Shown in pieces: positions 49,632 to 59,454 of a stretch of DNA of 64,000 nucleotides; positions within the stretch are counted from its first letter, which is position 1; every line of letters starts with the position of its first letter. This DNA is from an uncultured bacterium. GTDB taxonomy: Bacteria > Chloroflexota > UBA5177 > JANWHV01. The stretch covers positions 128,001 through 192,000 of the forward strand of contig CAWHAE010000019.1 in assembly GCA_963827235.1 (NCBI GenBank), read 5' to 3'. The notes under the pieces were generated by a model. The model saw only the letters and a list, made by a program, of their open reading frames with translations. It was not told the DNA's origin and did no database searches. The position numbers and the translations under genes are program-made.

Positions 49632-50053
49632 AGCCAGGCGGGCCTCCCGCCGGGCACACACGGCGGCCGTGTTCGCGGCAGACCGCCACCGGCGAGCGGG
49701 CGCCCCACGGTCGCGGCCGGAGGTGTGGCCCCATGCTTCATCGCCCTGTTGATGCTCCTGATGCCTCGGGACGCCCAGTGCCCAAGCTCGTGGGAGCGTC
49801 CGGGGACACGCTTGCGAGTGCCGCCAAGCGCGGAGTTCACTCCTCCCCTGGGGTTCCACCTTGGCCCGAGTGCATTGTGAGGCCACGACGAGACCTACAC
49901 GGTGCGACGATGCCCCGGGATTCATTCCGCCCGTGCGTGTTTCACCGTGGCTCGAGTATAGCTGTGCCTGGAAAGCGAGCAAGCATGGCCGCGCTCCCTG
50001 GGATGTCTTGCGAGTCCCAGGGAGCGCGGCGCCAGGAGTACTGGGATGGAAGG

Positions 50054-50500
50054 CTAGCAGAGGCCTTCACCCACGGTCACGTACACCACGTTGCTGCGGT
50101 TGCCGTTAGTGAGATCCACGGCACGAACCGACACGCGCTCCAGCACGCACTTCACGACCCGCGGCGGCATGCTGACCGCGATCCTGCCACCAGGTATCAC
50201 CAGGTCGTACTGGCATGGGTTCGAGGAAGAGCACTTGGGTGGCGGTGGCGGGGGCAGGATGATGGCGCGCGTGGCAGTGGTGAACACCCGCTGGCCGAGC
50301 GAGTCCAGGACCTCTACGCGGTCGCCGGAGCCGAAACCGTAGCCGGAAACATGAATGGTTGTTCCGCTCGTCACCGAGGCACTGATCTCGGGCAGCCCGG
50401 ACGCGTGAGCCGCCAGGGGCTGGAGCGCTGTGAGCCCCAGAACTGCACTGATTGCCAACCCACCGAGAAACCGTGACCGAGAACCGTGTAGTGCTGCCAT
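50054..50500 (-). CDS. secreted hypothetical protein
   Basis: Signal peptide ending in AHA, beta-rich body, poly-Pro stretch; GAGG RBS. Confidence 0.65.
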   Translation of the reverse strand: MAALHGSRSRFLGGLAISAVLGLTALQPLAAHASGLPEISASVTSGTTIHVSGYGFGSGDRVEVLDSLGQRVFTTATRAIILPPPPPPKCSSSNPCQYDLVIPGGRIAVSMPPRVVKCVLERVSVRAVDLTNGNRSNVVYVTVGEGLC

Positions 50501-50795
50501 GACTCGACCCTCTTTCTGCTGCGCTTGCACCTCTCATCCGGTGCATAATGCAACTCTAGAGCCGAGATATTGCCTGGCCGTTTCCGAGATACAAGCGATA
50601 ATAAACAGTTTGTAATAGTTTTATTCAGTCGCCGGCAGGGCGTGGTAGAGCTGAACGACCGCGCTCTGGCTGCGGCGCCCGCGCTCAGCGTCCCAGACGG
50701 AGACGTGCTTCGGGCAGGCAGGTGAACCCGGTTCCGCCTTCGCGTGGCAAACGTCTCGGGCAGCTGCCTCCGCGGCTGATCCAGCACCTCGAAGC

Positions 50796-51749
50796 TCAGC
50801 GATAGAGCGCCAGCGTATCGATCAGGAGGTCGTAGAAGACGTCCACGTCGATATCCATGCCGACCTCTGCCGTGGCAGGCTCGCCGGTTACGTGCCGCAG
50901 GTCGCAGAGGGTGCGCCCGTAGGACGGGCCATGGCTGATGTCGATCTCCACGTGTGCCGGCCGCGTCCGCACGATGCCCGGGCGAATGACCTGCGCCACC
51001 GCGCAGGGGTCGTGCAGCGGCGGCCCGGCCAGCCCGTACGTCTCGCGATAGCGCCCGCCGAAAAAGTCGAGCCACCCGATAACCAGCGCCGCGATCGGCG
51101 TGTTCAGGACGGCGATGCGGGCCAGGCGGTCCGGCTTGGCGATCGTCTGCAGCGTGACGTCGAGTCCGACCATGGTGAGGGGCACGCCGCTGCCGAACAC
51201 GATGTGCGCTGCCTCGGGGTCGGCAAAGATGTTGAACTCCGCCGCGGGCGTGGTGTTGCCCAGGCCCGCGGAGCCGCCCATCAGCACGATTCGCTCGATG
51301 CGGCCCAGGATCGCCGGATTCAGCCTCATCGCAACGGCGACATTCGTGAGGGGTCCGGTTGGGATCAGTGTGATCGGCCGCTCGGACTCCAGCAGGGTGG
51401 CAATCAGCAGGTCGACGGCATGGCGCGGCGAGGGTTGGATAGTGATCTCCGGCAGAGCCGGCCCGTCGAGCCCGGTGCGGCCGTGGATGTGGCCGGCTAC
51501 TATGCGCGACCGCACCAACGGCCGATCCATGCCGCCCGCCACCGGCACGTCGTGCACGCCCGCGGCGCTGAGCACGGCCAGCGCGTTGCGCAGCGTGTTG
51601 TCGAGCGTCTGATTCCCGGCTACGACCGTGACCAGGCGCAGGTCGAGCTTCGGTGAGCCGGCGGCAAGAAGCAAAGCGATTGCGTCGTCGTGGCCAGGAT
51701 CGCAGTCCATGATCACGGGAGTGGCGTCCGCGGATTTCTCGGTGCTCAC
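50796..51749 (-). CDS. inosine-uridine preferring nucleoside hydrolase
   Basis: DCDPGHDDA, GPLTNVA, AEFNIFADPEAA, LHDP. Confidence 0.94.
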   Translation of the reverse strand: MSTEKSADATPVIMDCDPGHDDAIALLLAAGSPKLDLRLVTVVAGNQTLDNTLRNALAVLSAAGVHDVPVAGGMDRPLVRSRIVAGHIHGRTGLDGPALPEITIQPSPRHAVDLLIATLLESERPITLIPTGPLTNVAVAMRLNPAILGRIERIVLMGGSAGLGNTTPAAEFNIFADPEAAHIVFGSGVPLTMVGLDVTLQTIAKPDRLARIAVLNTPIAALVIGWLDFFGGRYRETYGLAGPPLHDPCAVAQVIRPGIVRTRPAHVEIDISHGPSYGRTLCDLRHVTGEPATAEVGMDIDVDVFYDLLIDTLALYR

Positions 51750-52426
51750 TGGCAGTCTCCCGCGTGTACGACCCAGACCCAGGCGGCGAGGGAGGTGTCC
51801 AGGTCGGCCGGGGCAGCCTGCTCCTCAACCTGCAGGTCCATGTGCTTCCCCGATCGCGCTCGCAGACGAAGCGTGGTGGCGGGCTGCACGTGGAGCGCGG
51901 CATAGTCCCGCATCCACTCCGCGCGATGCTCCGCCAGCTCGGACACGGCGAGCACGCGCAGCCTGGCGGACAGCGGCGCCGTGGCCAGGGCAAAAGCACC
52001 CTGATCGCGAAAGTAGGCGGCGGCATCGAATCCCGGCCGCGGAATGGGATTGCCGTGCGGACAAAAACGGGGCTGCGAAAGCCGGCGGTCGATCTGTTCC
52101 TGGACCACATCGGTGAGCCCGCGCTCGAACTGCCGTGCCTGCTCGTGCGCTTCGGCCCAATCCACGCCCAGCACGTCGACCAGAAATCTCTCCGACAAAC
52201 AGTGGCGGCGCACGCCCTCTTCCGCGCGAGCCCGGCCGCTGTCGGTCAAGCTGATGTTCCGCTCCGCGTACTCGATCAAACCGTCTCGCTCGAGACGGCT
52301 GATGGTAGCGCCTGCCGCGGCGCGCGACACGCCGAACAGGCCTGCCAGGGTGGTAGCGTGCACCACGTGCCCTTCGGCTTGCAGCGAGTAGATTGCCTCG
52401 AGGTAGTCGCCCACGACCGTACGCAC
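51746..52426 (-). CDS. DtxR/MntR-family metal-dependent regulator with FeoA-like tail
   Basis: DYLEAIY, RRHCLSERFLVDVLG, CPHGNPIP. Confidence 0.9.
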   Translation of the reverse strand: MRTVVGDYLEAIYSLQAEGHVVHATTLAGLFGVSRAAAGATISRLERDGLIEYAERNISLTDSGRARAEEGVRRHCLSERFLVDVLGVDWAEAHEQARQFERGLTDVVQEQIDRRLSQPRFCPHGNPIPRPGFDAAAYFRDQGAFALATAPLSARLRVLAVSELAEHRAEWMRDYAALHVQPATTLRLRARSGKHMDLQVEEQAAPADLDTSLAAWVWVVHAGDCQ

Positions 52427-52566
52427 GCCTTTTGCCCCCTTACCGCCTCAGTATGGCCTTTCAGACGATTTGGGCGCAAGCACGAATCTTGGCAATAGGA
52501 AGCATTTGGGCGGCATTGACGCGCTACGCGCGGCGGCCTATCCTGAATGGGCAACATTCTGTCCGG

Positions 52567-52649
52567 GCCGAAGTGGCGGAACGGTAGACGCGGCGGTCTC
52601 AAAAACCGTTGAGGACAACCTCGTGTGGGTTCGAATCCCACCTTCGGCA
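52567..52649 (+). tRNA. tRNA-Leu(CAA)
   Basis: GCCGAAG/CTTCGGC acceptor, anticodon arm GCGGT-CTCAAAA-ACCGT, long variable arm, GGTTCGAATCC; CCA not encoded. Confidence 0.95.
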
Positions 52650-52672
52650 CTGCAACTTGCCGGCGGGCACCC

Positions 52673-52897
52673 CTACGAGCCGAGCTGCATGATGGCGACG
52701 ATCAGCGGAATGCCGATCGCCAGCAGCAGGATGCCGAAACACATGGTCACGATAGCCGTCCGCCGCCGGGCGAGCCTCAGGTGACGGTCGAGATCCGAGC
52801 CGTCGCCCACTGCCAAGGCCCGGCGAAGATTATGGACGCCGGCCACAAGGAAGAGCAGGCCGGGGAGCAGGATGGCGACCGGCATGTGCGCGATCAC
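52673..52897 (-). CDS. small two-TM membrane protein
   Basis: Two hydrophobic segments; start overlaps the stop of the upstream GT9 gene. Confidence 0.55.
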   Translation of the reverse strand: MIAHMPVAILLPGLLFLVAGVHNLRRALAVGDGSDLDRHLRLARRRTAIVTMCFGILLLAIGIPLIVAIMQLGS

Positions 52898-54096
52898 GGC
52901 TCGTGCCCCAGCACTGTGAGCGCCGCGCCCAGCACCTCGCTGACCGTGACGTCAATCATGCACGACGGCTGCCCGTAGGGGCACTCCGCTGTCGCGCGCA
53001 GCGTGTAGCACGGGCTGCATCCCAAACCCCGGCGGATGACCACCGCGGGCTGTCCTGCACGTGGCGTGGGTCCATAGATGGCGGGGTCGGTCGGACCGTA
53101 GATCGAGACCGTCGGTCGCCCTAGCGCCACGGCCAGATGGAGAGGCCCGCTGTCGCCGCTGATTACCAGGTCGCAGCGCGCAAGCACCGCCAGCAGCTCG
53201 TCCAGGTTCGTCTCTCCGGTCAGCACGATCGGCTGCCGGCACATGCGCGCCGCGATGTCGGCGGCGATGCCGCGCTCGCTTTCGGAGCCGGTCAGAATGA
53301 CTTTGAAGCCGTGTACACCGATCATGTCGTCGGCCAGCGCCGCCCAGTGCGAGGCGGGCCAGCGCTTGGCGGTGCCGTTGATCGCGCCTCCGTGAATGCC
53401 GACCACTACGTCGGCCTGACCGACGCCCAGGAGACGCAAGCGGTCCTGCATATGCTCCGCAGCCCGCCGGTCGACGCCAAGAACCGGCACGCGCGGTCGC
53501 CCATCCGCGCCCGCAGCCGCCGCCAGATCGAGATCCCAGCGTATCTCGTGCCGGCGACGGGCAAACCGCCCTCCCGCCACCGGATCGGTCAGCGCGAACG
53601 GGTAGGCTTCACGCCTGTAGCCCACCCGGCGGCGGGCGCCGCTTGCCAGTGCTAGCAGGCTTGCCATCCTGCCGTAGAGGCTGACGCAGAGGTCGAATCG
53701 TTGCCGGCGCAGCCGGGCAATCGTGCTCACGAATACCACGTAGGTACTTACCCTGCACAGGTTCCGTGGACTGCGAATGCTCTTCATATCCAGCACGACT
53801 GCCTCGTCGACGAAGGGGAACTGGCGAGGGATGGCCACCGTGTAGGGCTGGGTGAGCATAGTGATGCGCGCTGCGGGGTAACGCTCGTGCAGAGCTTCCA
53901 CGGCCGTCATCGAATTGAGCACGTCGCCCAGCAGATCGAGCCGGATGACCAGGATTCGCCGCATTGTCGCGGTGTCGATCGGTGTGCGCGGCCGGCCGAG
54001 GTGCCGCAAGCGGCCGCCGAATCCTACCGCGGCGATTAGCACGTAGAAAACTGCCTCCAGGAGATGCTTGAGCCGGAGTTTGAGGAAGCGTTTCAC
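52894..54096 (-). CDS. glycosyltransferase family 9 (heptosyltransferase-like)
   Basis: IRLDLLGDV, AKRWP, SGDSGPLHLAVA, YGPT, CSPC. Confidence 0.92.
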   Translation of the reverse strand: MKRFLKLRLKHLLEAVFYVLIAAVGFGGRLRHLGRPRTPIDTATMRRILVIRLDLLGDVLNSMTAVEALHERYPAARITMLTQPYTVAIPRQFPFVDEAVVLDMKSIRSPRNLCRVSTYVVFVSTIARLRRQRFDLCVSLYGRMASLLALASGARRRVGYRREAYPFALTDPVAGGRFARRRHEIRWDLDLAAAAGADGRPRVPVLGVDRRAAEHMQDRLRLLGVGQADVVVGIHGGAINGTAKRWPASHWAALADDMIGVHGFKVILTGSESERGIAADIAARMCRQPIVLTGETNLDELLAVLARCDLVISGDSGPLHLAVALGRPTVSIYGPTDPAIYGPTPRAGQPAVVIRRGLGCSPCYTLRATAECPYGQPSCMIDVTVSEVLGAALTVLGHEP

Positions 54097-54097
54097 G

Positions 54098-55285
54098 TCA
54101 GATCTCCGCCGCGGCCATCACGCTGCTGCAGGCGGCCAGCACGTCGTCGACCGCGATCGCCCGCATGCAGGGCGGCGGTCCGTCGGAGCCCGGCTCCAAT
54201 CGGCAGCAGTCGAGCCGGCGACACGGCCTGCACGGCAGCTCTGTGGCAACCACGACATGCCGCTCGCGATCGTCCCAGGGCCCGAACTGAGCCGGATCGG
54301 CCGGCCCGAACAGGACGACGCTGGGCGTGCCGGCGACAACCGCGAGATGAAGCGCCCCGTTGTCGACGCCTACGACCAGGCCGGCTCGCCGGAGCACGAC
54401 CTCGAGCTCTCCCCAGCTCAAGCGGCCCGCAAGGTTGAGCGCGCCGTCGGGCAGGCGGGCGCAGAGCTCGGCTGCCTTCTCGGCCTCGCCGGGGCTGCCG
54501 GTCACGACCAGGCGCTCGGCCAGCCGTTCCCGCAGCAGTGCCGTACCGAGCTCCGCGAAACGGTCCATGGGCCAAGACTTGAGCGCCGAGCCCGATCCCG
54601 GGTGGAGCACCGCATAGCGCGGCGTTTCCAGGCCGGCTTCGCGCAACAGAAGCGTTGCCTCCACGTCGTCGGCAAAGGTGGCGGCGGATACGAGCGCTGG
54701 TGGCCCGGACGCGTTCTCGCGCTCGCGGAGGGGCGGCAGACCAAGAAATGCCTCCACCAGATCCAGTGCTTCCTGGGCTGCATGACGCCCCGGCACGTAT
54801 GCCACGGCCTCGCTCAGGAAGGGCAGCGTCTCGTCGGTCGCGTACCCCATTCGCAGCGGAATACCGGCCAGTGCGGCTAGCCAGGCGCCCCACCAGTGGT
54901 CCGGCCGCAGGATCAGGGCGGCATCGAAGGAGTGCCGGCGGCGAAGCAGCAATGCCCAGGAGAGCAGCAGGCGGTACGGCCGCTCGTGCGAGCCGGCCCC
55001 GCGATTGAACCCGGGAAAAGGACAGATCAGCACCTCGAAGCCCGAATGCGTGCCCAGGGCAGCGCGGCTCCAGGGTCCCACTGCCACGGTAAGACGAGTG
55101 CGCGGTAGCGCCCGGCGCAGACGCTCGATCGCCGGGCGGCTGAGCAACACGTCTCCCAGGTGGTCGGGCCGGATCACCAGTACGGACCGCGGCGGGGCGG
55201 AGCCCCGGCCGCGGCCTCGCTGCACAAGGCGTAGCACGCGGCCGCAGCAGCGCAGCAGGGCCAGCCGCAGGCGTTGCTTCAGCAC
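54098..55285 (-). CDS. glycosyltransferase family 9 (heptosyltransferase-like)
   Basis: IRPDHLGDV, HPGSG..LKSWP, VDNGALHLA, FGPAD, CRPC; probable GTG start at 55285. Confidence 0.9.
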   Translation of the reverse strand: MLKQRLRLALLRCCGRVLRLVQRGRGRGSAPPRSVLVIRPDHLGDVLLSRPAIERLRRALPRTRLTVAVGPWSRAALGTHSGFEVLICPFPGFNRGAGSHERPYRLLLSWALLLRRRHSFDAALILRPDHWWGAWLAALAGIPLRMGYATDETLPFLSEAVAYVPGRHAAQEALDLVEAFLGLPPLRERENASGPPALVSAATFADDVEATLLLREAGLETPRYAVLHPGSGSALKSWPMDRFAELGTALLRERLAERLVVTGSPGEAEKAAELCARLPDGALNLAGRLSWGELEVVLRRAGLVVGVDNGALHLAVVAGTPSVVLFGPADPAQFGPWDDRERHVVVATELPCRPCRRLDCCRLEPGSDGPPPCMRAIAVDDVLAACSSVMAAAEI

Positions 55286-56454
55286 GGGCGGCCCTCCTGG
55301 AGAAGCTCGTGACAGGCGGAAGCTACCGTGGCGGCCGGCAGGCCGCGCATGCAGGCGTGCCGGTTTGGACAGGGGGGAAAGCGGCCGTGCACGAAGCACG
55401 GACTGCAGGGAATGTCGAGTCGCACGAGTCGCGAGCGAATGTCGTATGGGCGGTACAGATGCGCCGGCGTGGGCCCGAACACGGCCACCACCGGGCAGCC
55501 TACGGCAACAGCTAGGTGCATCGGTCCCGAATCGTTTCCCACGTAGAGCAGGCAGCGCTGGAAGAACGCCGCTCGCTCGGCAAACGGAATGGCACCGGTG
55601 AGATCGACAGGCGGCACGCGCATCGCCGCGCGCATCGCCCGGCACACGGCCTCGTCTTGTGGACCGCCCACGATCGCGATCTGCGCCCCTTCGGTCTCGT
55701 GCAGGTGGTCGGCGATCTCGGCGAAGCGCTCGGGCAGCCATCGTTTTTCGGGCAGGTCCATGCCCGGGTTGGTGCCGCCGCCCGGCGCGATGGCGATAAC
55801 CCTGGAGCCCAGGTCGCGCTGCTGCCAGAGCAGTTCGGTGGCTTGCACGGCCTGCGCTCCCGGCACAAAGCGCAGGCGCTGGCCGTCCGTCGGGCAGCCG
55901 AGCGCGCCGGCAACGCTGAGATACAGGTCTGCCTCGTGCATCGACTCGTTCCACGGCACACCAACATTGAGGGCGAACCCGCGTCCGGCGCTGTCGATGC
56001 CGGCACGCACCCCTATGCCGGCCAGCAGCGGCAGGACAGTGAACAGCGGCGAACGTTCCAGGACCAGGCAGATATCGTAGCGTCCCGAGCGCAAGCGCGT
56101 CAGGAGGCGGACCACGGAACGCCGGTCCCGTCCGGCGCCCGGTCCCGCGTCCACGATCGCGGCGACGTCCGGATGGCCCTCGATTGCCGGTCGAGCGTGG
56201 CGGCCCACGGCAAAGTCGATGGCGCATTCGGGAAAGCGCATGCGCAGGGCGGCGATCACGGGCGTCGCCATCAGCACGTCGCCCAGGCAGCACGGCTTGA
56301 TCACCACGATGCGGCACGGGCCCACGGGCATCCGAGGGTTGGACATGAACGGCCGGAGTACGGCGCGCAGGATGGTGAAACAGGTGGTGAGGAAGCGCTC
56401 ACGCCGGGGGCGGCCGGCGGCGGGTCGCACGATCAGGGGCCTGCACTCGTCCAT
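55279..56454 (-). CDS. glycosyltransferase family 9 (heptosyltransferase-like)
   Basis: KPCCLGDV, EKRW, GNDSGPMHLA, FGPT, CSPC. Confidence 0.9.
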   Translation of the reverse strand: MDECRPLIVRPAAGRPRRERFLTTCFTILRAVLRPFMSNPRMPVGPCRIVVIKPCCLGDVLMATPVIAALRMRFPECAIDFAVGRHARPAIEGHPDVAAIVDAGPGAGRDRRSVVRLLTRLRSGRYDICLVLERSPLFTVLPLLAGIGVRAGIDSAGRGFALNVGVPWNESMHEADLYLSVAGALGCPTDGQRLRFVPGAQAVQATELLWQQRDLGSRVIAIAPGGGTNPGMDLPEKRWLPERFAEIADHLHETEGAQIAIVGGPQDEAVCRAMRAAMRVPPVDLTGAIPFAERAAFFQRCLLYVGNDSGPMHLAVAVGCPVVAVFGPTPAHLYRPYDIRSRLVRLDIPCSPCFVHGRFPPCPNRHACMRGLPAATVASACHELLQEGRPC

Positions 56455-56620
56455 ACGTGCGGACAAGTGTACCGCACCGGCCGCGAAACCGGTCGCCCGC
56501 CGCTTGCTTGTCCGCTGCCGTGCCTGTAGAATCCTAGCGGACTGCCGGGGTCTACTCCCGCGCGCCGCGGGGCCGCCTCGAGCATGTGTCGCGCGTTTGG
56601 CTGCAACAAGGAGGCACGGC

Positions 56621-57640
56621 ATGGCCTCGTGGCTGCAAGCGCTTAACGAGGATCCTCTTCCCTGGCTACTGGAGGACAGCACACCTGCAGTCCGGCATCT
56701 GGCGCTGCGCCACCTCTTGGGGCGCACGGCGGACGATCCCGAGGTGGCCGCGGCCCGCGCCGAGGCGATGGAGACTGCTCCGATTGCTCCCATTCTCGCC
56801 GCCCAGAATCCGGCCGGTTTCTGGGTCAAGCCGGGCCCGGGCTACGGACCCAAGTATCGCGGCACGGTCTGGCAGCTGATCTTCCTTGATCAGATGGGCG
56901 CGGATGGCACGGATCCCCGGGTGCACGCTGCTTGCGCCTACGTGCTTGCGCATACACAGTCCGTGAGCGGCGGCTTCGTCGCGTCGGGGAGCACGACGGA
57001 GGCGCCTCCGCCGCCTTCCTTTGCCATCCATTGCCTGCATGGTAACTTGCTGCGCGCGTTGATCGGCTTTGGCTGGCAGGTGGACGAGCGCGTGCGGCAC
57101 GCCGTGGAGTGGCAGGCGATGGCGATCACTGGGGATGACTTTGGCTGGTACTTCCAGTCGGGCACGTCCGGGCCGCGATTCTCCTGTGCGGCAAACGGGC
57201 ATCTGCCCTGCGCATGGGGTGCGGTCAAGGCCCTCTCGGCACTGGCGCGGGTTCCGGCGTCGCAGCGCACGCCGCTGGTCGAGCGATCGCTCCGGGAGGG
57301 CGTCGAGTTTCTGCTCGGCGTCGACCCGCTCTCGGCCGCCTACCCTGCCGGCCGTCGCTCCACGACGCCGAGCTCGTCGTGGTTCAAGCTCGGCTTTCCC
57401 GGTGGCTACATCGCCGACGTGCTTGAGAATCTGGAGGTCCTGTGCGAGCTGGGGTATGCCGGGGATCGACGCATCGAGCCGGCGGTCGAGTGGCTCCTCG
57501 GCAAGCAGGATGGCCACGGGCGCTGGAAGAACGAGCATGCCTATACGGGAAAGACCTGGGAAAACATCGAGAGGCAGGGGCGACCCAGCAAATGGGTCAC
57601 GCTCCGCGCCTGCCGCGTGATCGCGGCGGCCCGCTGTTGA
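56621..57640 (+). CDS. prenyltransferase/squalene-cyclase repeat-like (alpha/alpha toroid) protein
   Basis: QW-like repeats AAQNPAGFW and GKQDGHGRW; PKYRGTVW, PSKWVTLRA. Confidence 0.75.
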   Translation: MASWLQALNEDPLPWLLEDSTPAVRHLALRHLLGRTADDPEVAAARAEAMETAPIAPILAAQNPAGFWVKPGPGYGPKYRGTVWQLIFLDQMGADGTDPRVHAACAYVLAHTQSVSGGFVASGSTTEAPPPPSFAIHCLHGNLLRALIGFGWQVDERVRHAVEWQAMAITGDDFGWYFQSGTSGPRFSCAANGHLPCAWGAVKALSALARVPASQRTPLVERSLREGVEFLLGVDPLSAAYPAGRRSTTPSSSWFKLGFPGGYIADVLENLEVLCELGYAGDRRIEPAVEWLLGKQDGHGRWKNEHAYTGKTWENIERQGRPSKWVTLRACRVIAAARC

Positions 57641-57802
57641 CCCGCTTGCCTTGAGGTCGGCTGGGCAGCCGTGGGTTCGGTCCGGAAGCCCACGGAGCGC
57701 TCACGCTCGGGCGGGGAACGCCGCACGCTGAGTGGCTAGATGCAAGCCACGCCGGGAGCGGCACTGGTGGCGAACACGCACTCGATGCCCCAGGATGAAT
57801 CC

Positions 57803-59304
57803 CTTATCATTGCCCACATTTAGCGAGCCGGCAAATGGGCGGTCTGGGGAGCGAACAGCGTGTAGAGGTCGACGAGGTGCGAGAGGTACTGGAAGCCGCG
57901 CCAGAGCACCTTGGGTCCGGGCTGGCCATCGCTCGTGCGGCCGATAAAGCCGCCGAGTTGGGCAATCCAGCGGACGGCCTGGGCCAGGGTCGGTGGGGAG
58001 GCGGGCAGGGTGGTGGTCTTGTGGATGGCGCAGTAGAGAGCCTGCCACTCCGCGGGGGCCAGCAGCACGGTACAGGGCTGGTCGGGGTGGCTGCGGGCCA
58101 GCAGGGTGGCCGAGAGCACCTTCCAGGCGATCACGCTGAAGAGGGCCAGGGCGCGCTGCAGGGCGGCCCGGCGCTCCAGTTGGCGGGCCTCCAGGGCACA
58201 GCCGCTCTTGAGCACGAAGTGCCAGCGCTCGATCACCCAGCGGCAGGCGTAGTCGTCCAGCAGCCCGGCCGCCGCTGCCCCGTCGGGGAGGGGTAGCGTG
58301 GTCAGCAGCAGCCAGTCCAGCGGCGCCACATCCGGCGGCGGCTGGTCTTCATGCGCCCACAGGACCCAGAGCGTCACCGGCGTCAAGGTGCTGCCGGCGC
58401 GCCGCTTGGGCGCCGGGAAGGTCAACTGCTGCCACCGGACCTGCAGCGTGGCCGTCCGGGCCGGGCGACCATCCTGGCGTTGCACCACCACCTGCCGGGT
58501 GCTGCCGACCGGCTGCGCGGCCAGGCTGGCCCGCAGGTGGCCCACCGCCGCGTCCACCCGACGGTCGTAGCTGGCCCGCACCAGCAGATCCACGTTGGGC
58601 GCGCGCTCGGCACCGAAGAGCTCGAAGACGTCCGCCTCGCGGTCAGCCACGCTGACGAACTGGGTCTGCGGGCACTGCACGGCCAGGGCATTCAGGCGCG
58701 CCAGGCCCGTCAGCCACTTCTGGCTCTCCTTCTCGCCGATCGGCCGCTGCTTGCGCTGGTGCTTCTTCCCCTTGCTGCCCGCCTCCCGCACCCAGTCCTC
58801 TTGCGCCAAGAGCCCGACCGGCACGCCGTCCGGTGCCACCGCCAGCGTGCTGTGCACCAGCAGCCCGTAGCCGTAGCCGTAGCCATCGCCGATGTACCCC
58901 AAGTCCCGTGTGGCCGGATGGTGCGAGTAGTCCAACGTCGTGGTGTCCTGCACCGCCAGCACCCGCGGGACCCCCTCCAGACGCTCCAGCGTCTGCTGGA
59001 CGTGGCTGGCCAGCATCGCCGCTGGCTGCACCGCCTCGTTCTCCAGCAGCCGGTACGCCGCCTTGAGTTGTGCCCCATCCCCGCAGGCCTCGGGCAGCGA
59101 GGCCGCCGGCCGCTCCCCGAGCACACTGGCCAGCTCGACCAACCGGTCCGTCCGCCGCAAATCCCCCAGCGCTGCGCCGCCAAACTCCTCGATCGCCCAC
59201 TCCGCCGCCCGCATCGTCCCTTGCCTCCCCGTGCTCGGTACCTCCCGCTTTCTCTCTACCCTACCACCCCATGCCGTACCTGCCGATTTGTGGGCAATCT
59301 TAAG
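57803..59304 (-). mobile_element. IS4-family insertion sequence (IS50/Tn5-like), 1502 bp
   Basis: Terminal inverted repeats CTTATCATTGCCCACA / CTTAAGATTGCCCACA (14/16) and 10-bp target duplication GGATGAATCC at 57793-57802 and 59305-59314. Confidence 0.93.
57820..59214 (-). CDS. IS4-family transposase
   Basis: WAIEEFG..LGDLRR, VQDTT, VADREAD, YACRWVIERWHFVLK (YREK motif), LGGFIGR. Confidence 0.93.
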   Translation of the reverse strand: MRAAEWAIEEFGGAALGDLRRTDRLVELASVLGERPAASLPEACGDGAQLKAAYRLLENEAVQPAAMLASHVQQTLERLEGVPRVLAVQDTTTLDYSHHPATRDLGYIGDGYGYGYGLLVHSTLAVAPDGVPVGLLAQEDWVREAGSKGKKHQRKQRPIGEKESQKWLTGLARLNALAVQCPQTQFVSVADREADVFELFGAERAPNVDLLVRASYDRRVDAAVGHLRASLAAQPVGSTRQVVVQRQDGRPARTATLQVRWQQLTFPAPKRRAGSTLTPVTLWVLWAHEDQPPPDVAPLDWLLLTTLPLPDGAAAAGLLDDYACRWVIERWHFVLKSGCALEARQLERRAALQRALALFSVIAWKVLSATLLARSHPDQPCTVLLAPAEWQALYCAIHKTTTLPASPPTLAQAVRWIAQLGGFIGRTSDGQPGPKVLWRGFQYLSHLVDLYTLFAPQTAHLPAR

Positions 59305-59454
59305 GGATGAATCCTGGGGAGGCTCATGGACCGCCAAGCGCGGAGTTCACTCCGCCTCTGCGCATTCCATCCTGGCCAGGGCGTAGACAGCGACGCTCGG
59401 CTCGAGAGTCACGGCGGAACACGGACGGCGCGTCCTGCAGTGGGCAGCGCATGG

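Noticed and set aside
52567-52700. tRNA-Leu as an island attachment site
   Set aside because: No integrase and no duplicated tRNA 3' end found in the window
55286-56317. 739-aa GT9 fusion ORF
   Set aside because: Its N-terminal half is an Arg/Pro-rich alternative frame of the upstream GT9 gene
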